Shown here in pieces: positions 43,998 through 53,433 of a DNA stretch of 64,000 bases. The first letter of the stretch is position 1; each line of letters starts with the position of its first letter. The DNA is from a virus: IMG/VR virus record IMGVR_UViG_3300025132_007963, positions 32,001-96,000 of that record; one strand, written 5' to 3'. Position numbers and translations under genes: made by a program. Under the pieces are notes generated by a model that worked only from the letters and a program-made list of their open reading frames with translations, was not told where the DNA came from and did not search any database.

Positions 43998-44534
43998 TTA
44001 TGCAGGCGTAATTCCGCCAGTTGCATTATTGATAGCCAGTATGGATGCGGTTAAGGCACTACCTTTAATATACCAATCAGTGCCATCACAACTAACCTCT
44101 AGAAAATCGCCCACAGTGGCGGCACCTTCGGAGGTATCAAAGGCCACTGCTGAAGTAGCATTGGTAACTTCAACGTGCGCACCATTTACTATAACAGAGC
44201 CATTGATATCTACAGCATTGTCACCAGTATTTAACAAAAAATCCTTCGCAGTTTCATTGTCACTAGCTACACTTAGGATGAACTTATAAGTCAATCCGGC
44301 TGCAGGTGTTGGTAATGTACAAACAACACTCACGGTGCTAATATCTATGAAGAAAACTTTTCCCGAATCTGCAGCTGATAGTCTTTTTGTAGGTGCTGCT
44401 AATGTGCCAACCGTGCTTAGTGTTTCTGTTGCCTTGCTAACGCCTGAGAGCGTAGCGTTTCCAAGAGCTAAGTCTCTCTTTAAACTCTCAATTAACGCCT
44501 CGGTTCTTGCGAGGCCAATTCTTTTCTTACCCAT
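43998..44534 (-). CDS. putative head decoration/structural protein, paralog B
   Basis: MGKKRIGLARTEALIESLKRDL; directly downstream of the major capsid gene. Confidence 0.65.
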   Translation of the reverse strand: MGKKRIGLARTEALIESLKRDLALGNATLSGVSKATETLSTVGTLAAPTKRLSAADSGKVFFIDISTVSVVCTLPTPAAGLTYKFILSVASDNETAKDFLLNTGDNAVDINGSVIVNGAHVEVTNATSAVAFDTSEGAATVGDFLEVSCDGTDWYIKGSALTASILAINNATGGITPA

Positions 44535-44619
44535 GTTTATATTCTCCTATCTTTATGAGTTTTATACAACTTAATTGCTGTTCTTTTCATAAAACACGAA
44601 AAAAATATCGATTATAACG

Positions 44620-44667
44620 AAAAAAAAGGGGGGCTCTAACTACCGAAATAGTTTAAAAGAGCCCCCC
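44620..44667 (-). terminator. intrinsic terminator after the major capsid gene
   Basis: GGGGGGCTCT...AGAGCCCCCC with inner AACTAT-TTCG-GTAGTT, then T8. Confidence 0.88.
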
Positions 44668-44703
44668 AATTTGAACATAACTGTGTTATTCAGTCAGTAA
44701 CTA

Positions 44704-46620
44704 TTAGCTAGTAGCGCCTGCGCCACCAACAAGATCACGTACAATCACGATACCGTACATATCAGGACGTACCATCTTCTTGCCGTAACGGGTCATGACA
44801 CCCTTACGTGGCACAAAGTCTTCCTGACCAAATATGGTAGGAGTAACTTGTAGTGGCACATATGGAGCGTACACGTAGCCGCTTTCCAAGAAGGATCCAC
44901 CCTTGCGACCAACGAGGATCACATTTCTAGGGAAGTAAGGATCAACATAGATGTCCCATTTCTTGCTAAGTGCACCAGTCTTCACAGCACCAACGGTGCC
45001 ACGATCCTGATCTGCAGTTACGTTTGCACGGAAACCAGCAGTGAATTCGAGAACGTTTGCAACTTCAGGTCCGCAGACAAGGAAGTTAGCACCGCCACGA
45101 AGTGTCTTTCTGTGGATCTGTGCAGAAACATCATTAATAGTTTCAACAAGCGTCTCATACCATTCGCTTACAGTACCGGTGAAGTCAGGAGCAGCCGAAG
45201 ATGCACCAATTTCAGCACCTGTAGTTCTGTGAACAAATAGGCCCGGAGAACGCGACCAGTAGTAAGTACCAGCCTTTGCACCCTTAACAAGGTCTTGCAA
45301 AATTTCCTGATCAATCTCTAGAGCAATCTGCTCAGAAAGAATACCAGTCAACTCAACCTCTGCGTCAAGGTTATGATATGCGTTAAGGTCCTGACCAAGC
45401 TCTGGGGTCCATTTGGCCTTGAGTTTCTTGGTCTGTGCTGTAATCGCAATACTGTCAACCTTAATGTCAATTTCTGGAATAAGACCAGATCGCAACTGAG
45501 TAGAATCAGCACCTGCGCCATTAGCGCCTGCACCTTCAAGCCCAAACTCACTACCGACAATTGAACCAAGTGCAGTCGAAGCTGCCAAGGAATCACGGAT
45601 TGGGAAAGTGATTACAAGTGAGCCATCAGCAGACCCGCCGCCGACACCGCCAACAGGGACACCGCCAGTGACAGCAAACTGAGTACCGCCGCCAAGAGGT
45701 CCACCTAGATTAGCGCCTGCAAATGCAAGAAGAATTCTACTACTATCATTAGGATCAACGCGGGTCAATCGTCTAATCTGAGTAGAACCCGTACCAAAAA
45801 CTTCTACGTTGTGTGCAATAAGGTTAGTCATGTTAACCTCAACTGCATGCAAATTATCAGTATCCAAATTGGTAGAAAGCTGTGCCTTTGGCACTGCAAG
45901 AACAACTGCACCGTGAGTTGCACTACCAGAAGCAAGAGAGCTTGCACCAAGCCCCAAAACATCCGGATCGTATCGAAGCAACTTCTTTTGAGCCTCAGTT
46001 ACACGCTTATCGAGATAAACAACTGCGTTACCACTACCATTTTTAGCAGTCTTGCTGGCGCTAGGTCCAACAAAAACTACGTCATTTCTACCGGTAAGAG
46101 TAGCAGAGCCAGTTGCAGAGCTGTAAGCGCTGCCTCCCAAGTTGTAAAAACCTCCTGGATCTTGACCTTCGTCACCAGCAAGACGTACACCACCAGTCAA
46201 CTGACTAGCGATAAGTGGGTTGTCACTGTCCTGGCGTAGGCCACCATATAGGGATTCACCTGATGAACCACCAGCGCTGTCACTAGCCTTGGTGAAGTCC
46301 AAGAAGAAAATGAGACCACTAGGCAAGCTCATTGGCTGCACGGAAACAAGATCGTTTGCGATCAATCCGCCGAATACACGACGAACAATAGGAAAAGCCA
46401 CTGCTGCGAAGCCTTCGACATCGCCAGCGGACATTGTGGTAGCTTCACGAAGAAGCTCCTTAGCTTGATTTTCAAGAAGGCAAGCCATGTTAGACTTGTG
46501 ACGATCATCACCTAGACCCTCAAGAAGACCGGTCTGCTCCCACTTGTTAAGTAGAGCAGCGCCTTCTTTGGCTACATCGCGATGAACGACGCCTTCAGTT
46601 AATTTCTGTAAAATAGACAT
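44704..46620 (-). CDS. major capsid protein (T4 gp23-like) with large insertion
   Basis: FPIVRRV, VSVQPMSLPSGLIF, KLKAKWTPELGQDL, EIDQEIL, YAPYVPL, KGVMTRYG. Confidence 0.95.
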   Translation of the reverse strand: MSILQKLTEGVVHRDVAKEGAALLNKWEQTGLLEGLGDDRHKSNMACLLENQAKELLREATTMSAGDVEGFAAVAFPIVRRVFGGLIANDLVSVQPMSLPSGLIFFLDFTKASDSAGGSSGESLYGGLRQDSDNPLIASQLTGGVRLAGDEGQDPGGFYNLGGSAYSSATGSATLTGRNDVVFVGPSASKTAKNGSGNAVVYLDKRVTEAQKKLLRYDPDVLGLGASSLASGSATHGAVVLAVPKAQLSTNLDTDNLHAVEVNMTNLIAHNVEVFGTGSTQIRRLTRVDPNDSSRILLAFAGANLGGPLGGGTQFAVTGGVPVGGVGGGSADGSLVITFPIRDSLAASTALGSIVGSEFGLEGAGANGAGADSTQLRSGLIPEIDIKVDSIAITAQTKKLKAKWTPELGQDLNAYHNLDAEVELTGILSEQIALEIDQEILQDLVKGAKAGTYYWSRSPGLFVHRTTGAEIGASSAAPDFTGTVSEWYETLVETINDVSAQIHRKTLRGGANFLVCGPEVANVLEFTAGFRANVTADQDRGTVGAVKTGALSKKWDIYVDPYFPRNVILVGRKGGSFLESGYVYAPYVPLQVTPTIFGQEDFVPRKGVMTRYGKKMVRPDMYGIVIVRDLVGGAGATS

Positions 46621-46640
46621 CTTAAATATTACCTCCTAAA

Positions 46641-47714
46641 TTAGTCTTTATTTACGTTTATACCTGCTAAACGTCTCATTCGATCAGAAAAAATATCAAT
46701 TTTATCATCTTCTTTTCTCTTTCTCGAATTTACAATTAGTGAAGGGCTTCTATTTACAGCTTCGCTCAATGATTTTGGTAGCGGTTTCTTTTCTGTGCTA
46801 CCCACTGCGCTTTGAAGGGTTTCATAGATAACCTTCGTCTCTTCAACAGACCTAGACTTGGAAATTGCTTCAACAATTTTCTTTTTCTGTCGCTCATTCA
46901 GGGAGGAATTTTCAAGGGTCTTGTTAATAAAAAGTAATTTTGCGTTACTTGTGTTCACGCTTTCAACTTTTTCTTTCAATACAACAAATGCTTCTTTAAA
47001 CTTATTATTCTCTTCAATAAGTTTTTTATTCGAAACAGTAAGAATTTCTTTAGCCTCTTCGAGTTCCTTAACTCGGGCTCTAATTATTTCGTTTTCTTCC
47101 GCAACTTCATCATCAAGTTCACGGGCGAGGGCCATCTTTTCATTTTCTCTCATTTGAGATTCAGGAGTTCCCGCCCAACCTCTTTTAACTGGGTTGACGT
47201 CAACTTTTAATCTTTCAAATAGTTCATCAATGATGGCCTCATCAATATCAATTTCTTCATCTAGCTCTTCTTCACCTTCTTCTAAGGCTAAAGGCTCTGA
47301 AGCTGCTTCCGGAGAAGCCTCAACTGCAGCGGACAAATCGTGCCCTAACTCCTCATGGCTTTCCTCTGCCTCTGGAGACGGCTGAGTAGGATCTAAGTTA
47401 TCTAAAGCTTGTACGATCTCTGGCATATCAAAAGTTAAAACTTCGCCATCGCCACCTGGAACAGAAGGTATATCATCTTGTGTTGCTAGCGGGACTTGCT
47501 CCAAAGAAGGATCAGCTTCAGGCTCTGCGTCGAGCGCTCCACCTAAATCCTCGTCATCGGCAAATGGATCTAGCTCTGGTTGTTCGAGCAAGGAACCGAC
47601 AGCTTCTTTAATTTGCTCTGAATATTTCTCAATAACCATAGCTTCAGCATTTTTAACTGCTGCCTCTTTTAACGCCTTGGCGTCAATAATTGCTTGTTCT
47701 AGTAATGAAGACAT
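46641..47714 (-). CDS. prohead scaffold/core protein (gp22-like)
   Basis: Acidic and coiled-coil, immediately upstream of the MCP; C-terminal RMRRLAGI. Confidence 0.75.
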   Translation of the reverse strand: MSSLLEQAIIDAKALKEAAVKNAEAMVIEKYSEQIKEAVGSLLEQPELDPFADDEDLGGALDAEPEADPSLEQVPLATQDDIPSVPGGDGEVLTFDMPEIVQALDNLDPTQPSPEAEESHEELGHDLSAAVEASPEAASEPLALEEGEEELDEEIDIDEAIIDELFERLKVDVNPVKRGWAGTPESQMRENEKMALARELDDEVAEENEIIRARVKELEEAKEILTVSNKKLIEENNKFKEAFVVLKEKVESVNTSNAKLLFINKTLENSSLNERQKKKIVEAISKSRSVEETKVIYETLQSAVGSTEKKPLPKSLSEAVNRSPSLIVNSRKRKEDDKIDIFSDRMRRLAGINVNKD

Positions 47715-47748
47715 AGTACCACCCTTATGGAATATTATAATACATATT

Positions 47749-47756
47749 TAACTAGT
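47749..47756 (-). promoter_or_regulatory. candidate late promoter motif ACTAGTTA
   Basis: 35 nt upstream of the scaffold-MCP operon. Confidence 0.6.
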
Positions 47757-47784
47757 AGTGAAATCTCTAAAAAGTAAAAATTTA

Positions 47785-48939
47785 TTAAGATAGTTTAGTT
47801 TCTTCTATTTCGCTAAAAGTACCATCGTCTCTTATATACCATGAAGACCTTTGGGTATAGCCCCAAGGACGCCCATATATAGCCCCATTTAAAGATGCGG
47901 TTGTCATGTTAGAGCTAGTGACCACAGTAGCACCTGCCTGGCCAGCAAACATAGGCGGAATATAACCTATTAAAACGTGCTGAAAGTGTAAGTGGCTTGT
48001 TGCTAGATCACCGCCACCGTCGTAAACCCCACACTTGTGATAATGATAAGCTTTGGTCGCACCATCGTCAGAAGCTGAGAATGCGGCATGCTTACCTTTA
48101 TATCTTGTTGCCAAATCCGGGGTCTTTAATCCAGAATAAATTGGATTTGGCCTTATTTGGCAAAGCCCCCAAGAACCTTTGCCGTTTGCTTCGTAACAAC
48201 CATTCGAATGATATTGATCTCCTACATCAATTGCTGTTTCTGCATAGCTTCCTGCAAAGCACGCATATCCACTAGCGTCAGTACCAGTAACACCTTCCAT
48301 TTTTCCTGCAAAAAAGAAATACTGGTAATATGCGCTTGAGTGCCCAGAGGCAGCTTCGATGTTTCTGACAAATACATAGTCTTCTGTTTCTACAATTTTT
48401 AAAGTGTGCCCGTACCCTACAAAGCGTATCCAACCATGGTTTGCATGTTCTCCAACATAACCCGAAAACCTTGTATTGCTAGGATAATGTGGTCCTCCCA
48501 AGGAAAATATATTGGCTGGAATGTTTCCTCCAGGAGCTATACCTACGAGAAACGGGGCAGTGGCACCAGTGCTTGAGCCAGACTTAACCAAGGCGCCATT
48601 ACAGTATCTTGCCCCTGAATCAACTAGACCACTAGCAGTAACATATCCATTGACAAATAGTATCTCTGTTGTATTGACCTCGCAAGGATCTGTCGAAGCT
48701 CCTTTTGATTTGATTACAAATGCGGTATCTCCAGGAAACCTTCTACTAACTGTACATTCTGGTTTAATTTCCCAGTAACTTGAAGTTTGTCCGTGATCTG
48801 CAAATTGACTGTTTTGTCGAGCGCCAGCTTCAAAACTGCTCGATCCTGCAAAATAACTATAAAGTTGCGAGTGAACTTCTTGATATCTTGTGTCCTGCGA
48901 AGAGCCTGTTCCTGGTATTTTTGAAAATTTAATACTCAT
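47785..48939 (-). CDS. hypothetical Gly/Ser/Tyr-rich protein, divergent paralog of the next gene
   Basis: Shares LYSYF, YWE, FVxKSK and FAGKME blocks with 48939..50204. Confidence 0.7.
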   Translation of the reverse strand: MSIKFSKIPGTGSSQDTRYQEVHSQLYSYFAGSSSFEAGARQNSQFADHGQTSSYWEIKPECTVSRRFPGDTAFVIKSKGASTDPCEVNTTEILFVNGYVTASGLVDSGARYCNGALVKSGSSTGATAPFLVGIAPGGNIPANIFSLGGPHYPSNTRFSGYVGEHANHGWIRFVGYGHTLKIVETEDYVFVRNIEAASGHSSAYYQYFFFAGKMEGVTGTDASGYACFAGSYAETAIDVGDQYHSNGCYEANGKGSWGLCQIRPNPIYSGLKTPDLATRYKGKHAAFSASDDGATKAYHYHKCGVYDGGGDLATSHLHFQHVLIGYIPPMFAGQAGATVVTSSNMTTASLNGAIYGRPWGYTQRSSWYIRDDGTFSEIEETKLS

Positions 48940-50204
48940 TAGTCAGTTGGTATCCCCTCAGAAACTTGACCGTCAGATAAACACCAGTAAGAACCGGTTA
49001 AATTAACAGCCCAAGTGTAATTATTAGAATTTTTCATGTATGCGCCTGGTACAATGGCACCCGCTTTTCCGATTATAGGCGCTTTAAGACCAGCATAAAC
49101 ACACGGCACTGTGCCAATAGTTGGTCCAGCAGATGTAACTGAGCCGTCTCCAATGTCATTAGTATCAAAAGAATCAACAATTGAAACCTTGTGTAAATAA
49201 TACTCTAATGGAGCACTACCAGGCGCTGAAGAAGAGTAGGCAACATTGTGTCGACCTTTATTCATATGATATTTACCTATGTGATCAACACTTGCAGATA
49301 AACCACCAAAGCCAGTATCTGGTATTGCCCAACAAGGGGCTTGGTGGCCGGCATGAGTTTCATACATACCACTGCCTCCGTAATGATAAGTTCCAAAGCC
49401 CATAATTGTGCTGTCTCTTGATGTTCTGCTAGCTACATTTCCCCATTGGCCACCAAGCAGACACCACCCTGTTGCATTGTTGCTGAAAGTTTCCATCTTT
49501 CCGGCAAAAACTCCAGCCCTATACGCCTTAGATGCTTTATCATCATCTGTGGATGCGGCGCGTCCCATATCATGCAAAACCCTAATAAAAAACCAATCTG
49601 GGTGTTCTATGATTTTCACTCTTCTTGAATGATTGCTAACAGGCTTATCACCGGCGCCGAACATTCCGTACATTATTCCGGAAAAGCCGGCTCTCAACTT
49701 TCCGCATGCGGAGGAAGACATAACTCCTGTCGCGGTGGCCGAACTATCCATAGCCATGGCGACGGCTTGCTGGCCAGCATTAAAACTATTTCCGTAATCA
49801 TAGTCTACCGCATCTCGAAAATGTCTAGTATCAAAGTCATCGGCCCAGTCAATATCACTGTGAAGTCTATTTTGAAAAATAAATCTTGGATAGCCATCAT
49901 TATAGGTCGCGCCGTCTTTAGTTTTTGATTTCACAACAAAACCAAGTTCACCGGTGCCCTGAGAAAAGCCATCATCTTTCACTGGGGCGCTGCCAGAACC
50001 ACCTGTAACAACCTCCCAGTATTTTGATGTAGTTGAAAAATAGCTGTAAAGATTTACCATCAATTGTCTAGTTGCTATTTTGTGACTATCATTGTTGGAA
50101 TTAGTTCCAGTGACAAAAAGATCAGAAGTTGCAAAATAGACATTGCCTACCCATGGCATTGCTAATGCAAAATTGTCTGATCTAAGTTGAACTGTCCAGG
50201 CCAT
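48939..50204 (-). CDS. hypothetical Gly/Ser-rich protein, divergent paralog
   Basis: Same shared blocks; TAATG coupling to the downstream paralog. Confidence 0.7.
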   Translation of the reverse strand: MAWTVQLRSDNFALAMPWVGNVYFATSDLFVTGTNSNNDSHKIATRQLMVNLYSYFSTTSKYWEVVTGGSGSAPVKDDGFSQGTGELGFVVKSKTKDGATYNDGYPRFIFQNRLHSDIDWADDFDTRHFRDAVDYDYGNSFNAGQQAVAMAMDSSATATGVMSSSACGKLRAGFSGIMYGMFGAGDKPVSNHSRRVKIIEHPDWFFIRVLHDMGRAASTDDDKASKAYRAGVFAGKMETFSNNATGWCLLGGQWGNVASRTSRDSTIMGFGTYHYGGSGMYETHAGHQAPCWAIPDTGFGGLSASVDHIGKYHMNKGRHNVAYSSSAPGSAPLEYYLHKVSIVDSFDTNDIGDGSVTSAGPTIGTVPCVYAGLKAPIIGKAGAIVPGAYMKNSNNYTWAVNLTGSYWCLSDGQVSEGIPTD

Positions 50205-50206
50205 AA

Positions 50207-50284
50207 TTAATTAGTTCTTGTTATTCCAGTCGGTATTTTACCGCATGGTTGTGTAGGATCTATTGTTCTTGACTTTGCAGACAT
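50207..50284 (-). CDS. unannotated 25-aa ORF
   Basis: AAGGAGG RBS then MSAKSRTIDPTQPCGKIPTGITRTN*; fills the intergenic gap. Confidence 0.55.
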   Translation of the reverse strand: MSAKSRTIDPTQPCGKIPTGITRTN

Positions 50285-50304
50285 CTAGTTTTTCCTCCTT
50301 AGTA

Positions 50305-50526
50305 TCAACTTACTAAAGTACATCCACTTGGTAAAATAAAATTATTATCACACACATCGGTGCAATAATCACACGGTGCTTGATCGCCTGTGCGTAGCGT
50401 GCCTACACCACCTTTCCCATATGGTGCGCGGGCATCTGGTGGGCAAGTTGTATACTGCCCACCTAATTCGTTTTGAGTTTCAATTATATAGCCATTCTTA
50501 GTTGGCGTACTATGTCGTCTAGACAT
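50305..50526 (-). CDS. small Cys-containing hypothetical protein
   Basis: 73 aa with AGGAG RBS; CDYCTDVC. Confidence 0.65.
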   Translation of the reverse strand: MSRRHSTPTKNGYIIETQNELGGQYTTCPPDARAPYGKGGVGTLRTGDQAPCDYCTDVCDNNFILPSGCTLVS

Positions 50527-50535
50527 ATTAAACTC

Positions 50536-51111
50536 CTATACAGTTGAAACTGAAGCTCTAACGTCAAAACGTCCTATAGTTGAAGAGCCAGTTAAAACAA
50601 AACCCACTCGATCAATTCCGTTAATCTTTATAGTTCTCATCACCGCAGATCCACCAGGACCTATACGAACAGCTGCAGGAGTATATCCATCAGATTGAAG
50701 ATTTAAATTTTTTGATCGACCGTCGTTGGTTCCAGGCGATGCATGCCCGGTTTGTATTTCTAGTTTGGCCCATTTTCCAATATCGTAATTGTATCCATGA
50801 ATAACTACCCCAGAGTTTGGCTCAGCGGCGGCTGCGGCTCCTGATATATAAACATGTAAAAGTTTTGCATTGCCTGTCCAATATCCGTTAGCCCCAGCCT
50901 CATTACCGTTTGGATACTGATTTAATCCATCTGATAACTGTCCAGAACCACTAAGTATGGCAACTGAACCGACACTGGAGCTTAAAGCTGCTGGGTTTTG
51001 GCCTGCATCTAGATGGGCATTACCCGAATCAAACGCAGTTAATAACAGACTATCATGAAGACCAAGCGGTCTTCTTGTGTTTCCCATTTTACCTCTAGGT
51101 ATTGTTGCCAT
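50536..51111 (-). CDS. hypothetical beta-rich protein
   Basis: 191 aa with AAGGAG RBS, preceded by the late motif. Confidence 0.7.
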   Translation of the reverse strand: MATIPRGKMGNTRRPLGLHDSLLLTAFDSGNAHLDAGQNPAALSSSVGSVAILSGSGQLSDGLNQYPNGNEAGANGYWTGNAKLLHVYISGAAAAAEPNSGVVIHGYNYDIGKWAKLEIQTGHASPGTNDGRSKNLNLQSDGYTPAAVRIGPGGSAVMRTIKINGIDRVGFVLTGSSTIGRFDVRASVSTV

Positions 51112-51132
51112 TTTAAGCTCCTTTAATCAATT

Positions 51133-51140
51133 TAACTAGT
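51133..51140 (-). promoter_or_regulatory. candidate late promoter motif ACTAGTTA
   Basis: 22 nt upstream of 51111. Confidence 0.55.
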
Positions 51141-51141
51141 T

Positions 51142-51360
51142 CTAGTTATTGTTCTTTTTTCCAGTTTCTCTAGAATTAGAATTTTTTCTTCTTTTTTTTG
51201 CGTTTCTCTTTTCTGATTTCTTAATAAAATATCTTTTTTCTCTAGCTTTCTCTAGTATGCCGCTTTTCTTTGTCTCTTTAATAAACTTTTTTATCAACCT
51301 TTCATTTTCATAAAGATCTCTAGTTCTAGCTTGGACGGATACGTATACTGCTTTTCCCAT
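51142..51360 (-). CDS. rpsU: ribosomal protein bS21 homolog
   Basis: ERLIKKFIKETKKSGILEKAREKRYFIKKSEKR matches the bS21 core pattern (ALRRFK...GIL.E.R.R.YY.KPS.KR); 72 aa, highly basic. Confidence 0.82.
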   Translation of the reverse strand: MGKAVYVSVQARTRDLYENERLIKKFIKETKKSGILEKAREKRYFIKKSEKRNAKKRRKNSNSRETGKKNNN

Positions 51361-51373
51361 TGTAATTTCCTTT

Positions 51374-51781
51374 CTAAACTAATTTTTTCCAATTTTTACC
51401 TGCAATAGATAAAAGACCATCAATACTTACACCTTTATCACCGGGGTCATAATTTGATAGAGCGCTAGCTGGGGATGGCGACGACGAGTTGGCGCTGCCT
51501 CCTTTTGATAAGGGTTCTGTATCTTCAAAAATATTGACACCGTTATATGAATCTTTGCCTATAGCATCTAAAAGCATTTTTCTACTGTCTTTTGTTCGAT
51601 CAGATTTTGTGCTCTCTTGTAATTTAAATGCCGGTATTGGTGTTTCCGCTATCACTGGAGTGTTTAACCCTTTTGCAACTTCAGTTATTATACTAGATAA
51701 AACACCATCTTCAAAAACAACTTCTTTTATACATTGTTTTATTAGCGGCTTCAACGCACTTTTAAGTTCATTCTTTGTCAT
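51374..51781 (-). CDS. hypothetical protein
   Basis: 135 aa, GTGA/ATGA-type overlap with the protease gene. Confidence 0.7.
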   Translation of the reverse strand: MTKNELKSALKPLIKQCIKEVVFEDGVLSSIITEVAKGLNTPVIAETPIPAFKLQESTKSDRTKDSRKMLLDAIGKDSYNGVNIFEDTEPLSKGGSANSSSPSPASALSNYDPGDKGVSIDGLLSIAGKNWKKLV

Positions 51782-52386
51782 TCTTGTTCTCCAACAATTT
51801 CATTAAGCAAGTTTTTGATATTATCAGATTTAGTATTGCTAGAGCCTTCGAGAATACTCTTTGCCTCTTTCATCATGTATGCACCAGGAGTAGAGGGATC
51901 TGACACCATGTCAAAGCAGATTAATTGAAAGTCATCTTCCACCATTGTTGTGCCATTTTGTTCCGAAACTGATCCCATTCCCCTAGAAGATATACCGCAA
52001 GGTATTTGATGCTGTATTAAACTTCTTAAAATCTGTCCTGCAGGTGTTTCGAGCACTTCTATTTTGCCCATAACCTTTTTTCCTTCCATCCAAATATCCG
52101 TTACAAGATGTGAACAATTAGCTAGGTTAACAACTGATGAATCAGGATGATCTAATTCTCCTAGTGCTCTACGTTCTTTAACTGCATTTTTGTAGTTTTC
52201 TACCTCTCGCTCTAATATAGCATGGGGATAAACTCTATCATTGCCATTTTTAGTTTCAGACATTTGCATCACACCAGAAAGTATAACTGCACCTTCATCT
52301 CTAACTCGGCGCTTTTCATCTTCTGTTAGTAGATCTTGACATATGCCACCATCACATAATTCAAAGTATTCTCTTAAGAGTTTCAT
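51778..52386 (-). CDS. prohead protease (gp21-like)
   Basis: KNGNDRVYP, GELDHP, GISSRGMGS, FDMVSDPS. Probable start MKLLRE at 52386; track start is 52422. Confidence 0.93.
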   Translation of the reverse strand: MKLLREYFELCDGGICQDLLTEDEKRRVRDEGAVILSGVMQMSETKNGNDRVYPHAILEREVENYKNAVKERRALGELDHPDSSVVNLANCSHLVTDIWMEGKKVMGKIEVLETPAGQILRSLIQHQIPCGISSRGMGSVSEQNGTTMVEDDFQLICFDMVSDPSTPGAYMMKEAKSILEGSSNTKSDNIKNLLNEIVGEQE

Positions 52387-52422
52387 GTTCTTGTTTCCTC
52401 TTGCGGGGGCCACCCGCTTCAT

Positions 52423-52488
52423 CTATGATCCTTTACAGCAATTTGCCACAGGGCGCAACATCCACCTAATCTTGGTTACTGGTTTCAT
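52423..52488 (-). CDS. unannotated 21-aa ORF in frame with the protease
   Basis: AAAGGAG RBS then MKPVTKIRWMLRPVANCCKGS*; its TAG is immediately followed by an in-frame ATG. Confidence 0.55.
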   Translation of the reverse strand: MKPVTKIRWMLRPVANCCKGS

Positions 52489-52501
52489 TTTTACTCCTTT
52501 C

Positions 52502-52831
52502 TCACTTTTCTAAAAAGTTGATTGTTCTTTTTCTAACTGGTTTATAAATTTTAAAACCCTCATCACAAAACAACACATCTAAAACATAAGCTGTTGCAGA
52601 ACTAATTGTTCCACATAAAAAAGCTGTTATAGGCGAATTATCAAAAGTAAATAGTTCTGTGTGATCCTTTACGAACCACAAAAATAAACCAACCCAAAAA
52701 CCCATACACATCGTACAACTAAATAATTCGCCTAGTTTTCCGGTTGTTGGTCTTATTGAATTGAAAATTTTTCCGTAAACAATAATCTGGGTTATTCCAA
52801 AAGAGCACAAAACAAAATATAATAAATTCAC
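52502..52831 (-). CDS. DUF1360-like membrane protein
   Basis: GELFSCTMCMGFWVG and three hydrophobic segments. Confidence 0.7.
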   Translation of the reverse strand: MNLLYFVLCSFGITQIIVYGKIFNSIRPTTGKLGELFSCTMCMGFWVGLFLWFVKDHTELFTFDNSPITAFLCGTISSATAYVLDVLFCDEGFKIYKPVRKRTINFLEK

Positions 52832-53433
52832 TTATCCTCTCTTTCTCTCAACAAGGAATACATATATTGATAACCATATGGGCTTACTCTTGAATCCATA
52901 GAGCCCTTTCTGTCAGATTGAGGAATTTCCCCTAACTCTGTGCTATTTTCTTCATCTGGGCTAAGCAGATGTAAATCAAAGTTTCTCTGCATATCTTGTC
53001 TTGTTAGTATATCAGCTTTTTCATTTTGCATAAACAAGCTAGTAATAAAAAGAGCAGACTGAACTGCATTTATTCCCTCTATTTTTGATTCATATATACT
53101 TGATTCTATGGAAGAATAAACATTACCACTCTGTATGCTGCTGGGGTCGATGATGCCTTTTTTAACTAAAAATTTATGAAAACTCTCCTGTACAGGATAA
53201 GTCTCTCTTTTCATTATATCCTTTGGAAAAGAAGTGATTTTATTTTTTTCTGGTGAAATTACCACATCGATTAAATCATGATCAAAGATCATAATGTCGC
53301 CATTCAATGCTCTCCTGGCGTTAAGTTCTACTTGAACTGGCTCAGGGCTATCAGCAACTATCTTTATTTTTATAGCGCCGGTCTGTTGATTCTCATCTTT
53401 TTCTATTTTTACATTAACTGACATCTTTCTCAA
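52828..53433 (-). CDS. hypothetical protein
   Basis: 201-aa ORF in the head operon. Confidence 0.7.
   Translation of the reverse strand: MRKMSVNVKIEKDENQQTGAIKIKIVADSPEPVQVELNARRALNGDIMIFDHDLIDVVISPEKNKITSFPKDIMKRETYPVQESFHKFLVKKGIIDPSSIQSGNVYSSIESSIYESKIEGINAVQSALFITSLFMQNEKADILTRQDMQRNFDLHLLSPDEENSTELGEIPQSDRKGSMDSRVSPYGYQYMYSLLREREDK

Noticed and set aside
43419-44289. Two similar plus-strand ORFs
   Set aside because: Their similarity only mirrors the duplicated minus-strand paralogs.
50208-50215. ACTAATTA as another late motif
   Set aside because: Only 4 nt from the next start and inside the stop region of a small ORF; spacing is inconsistent with the other sites.
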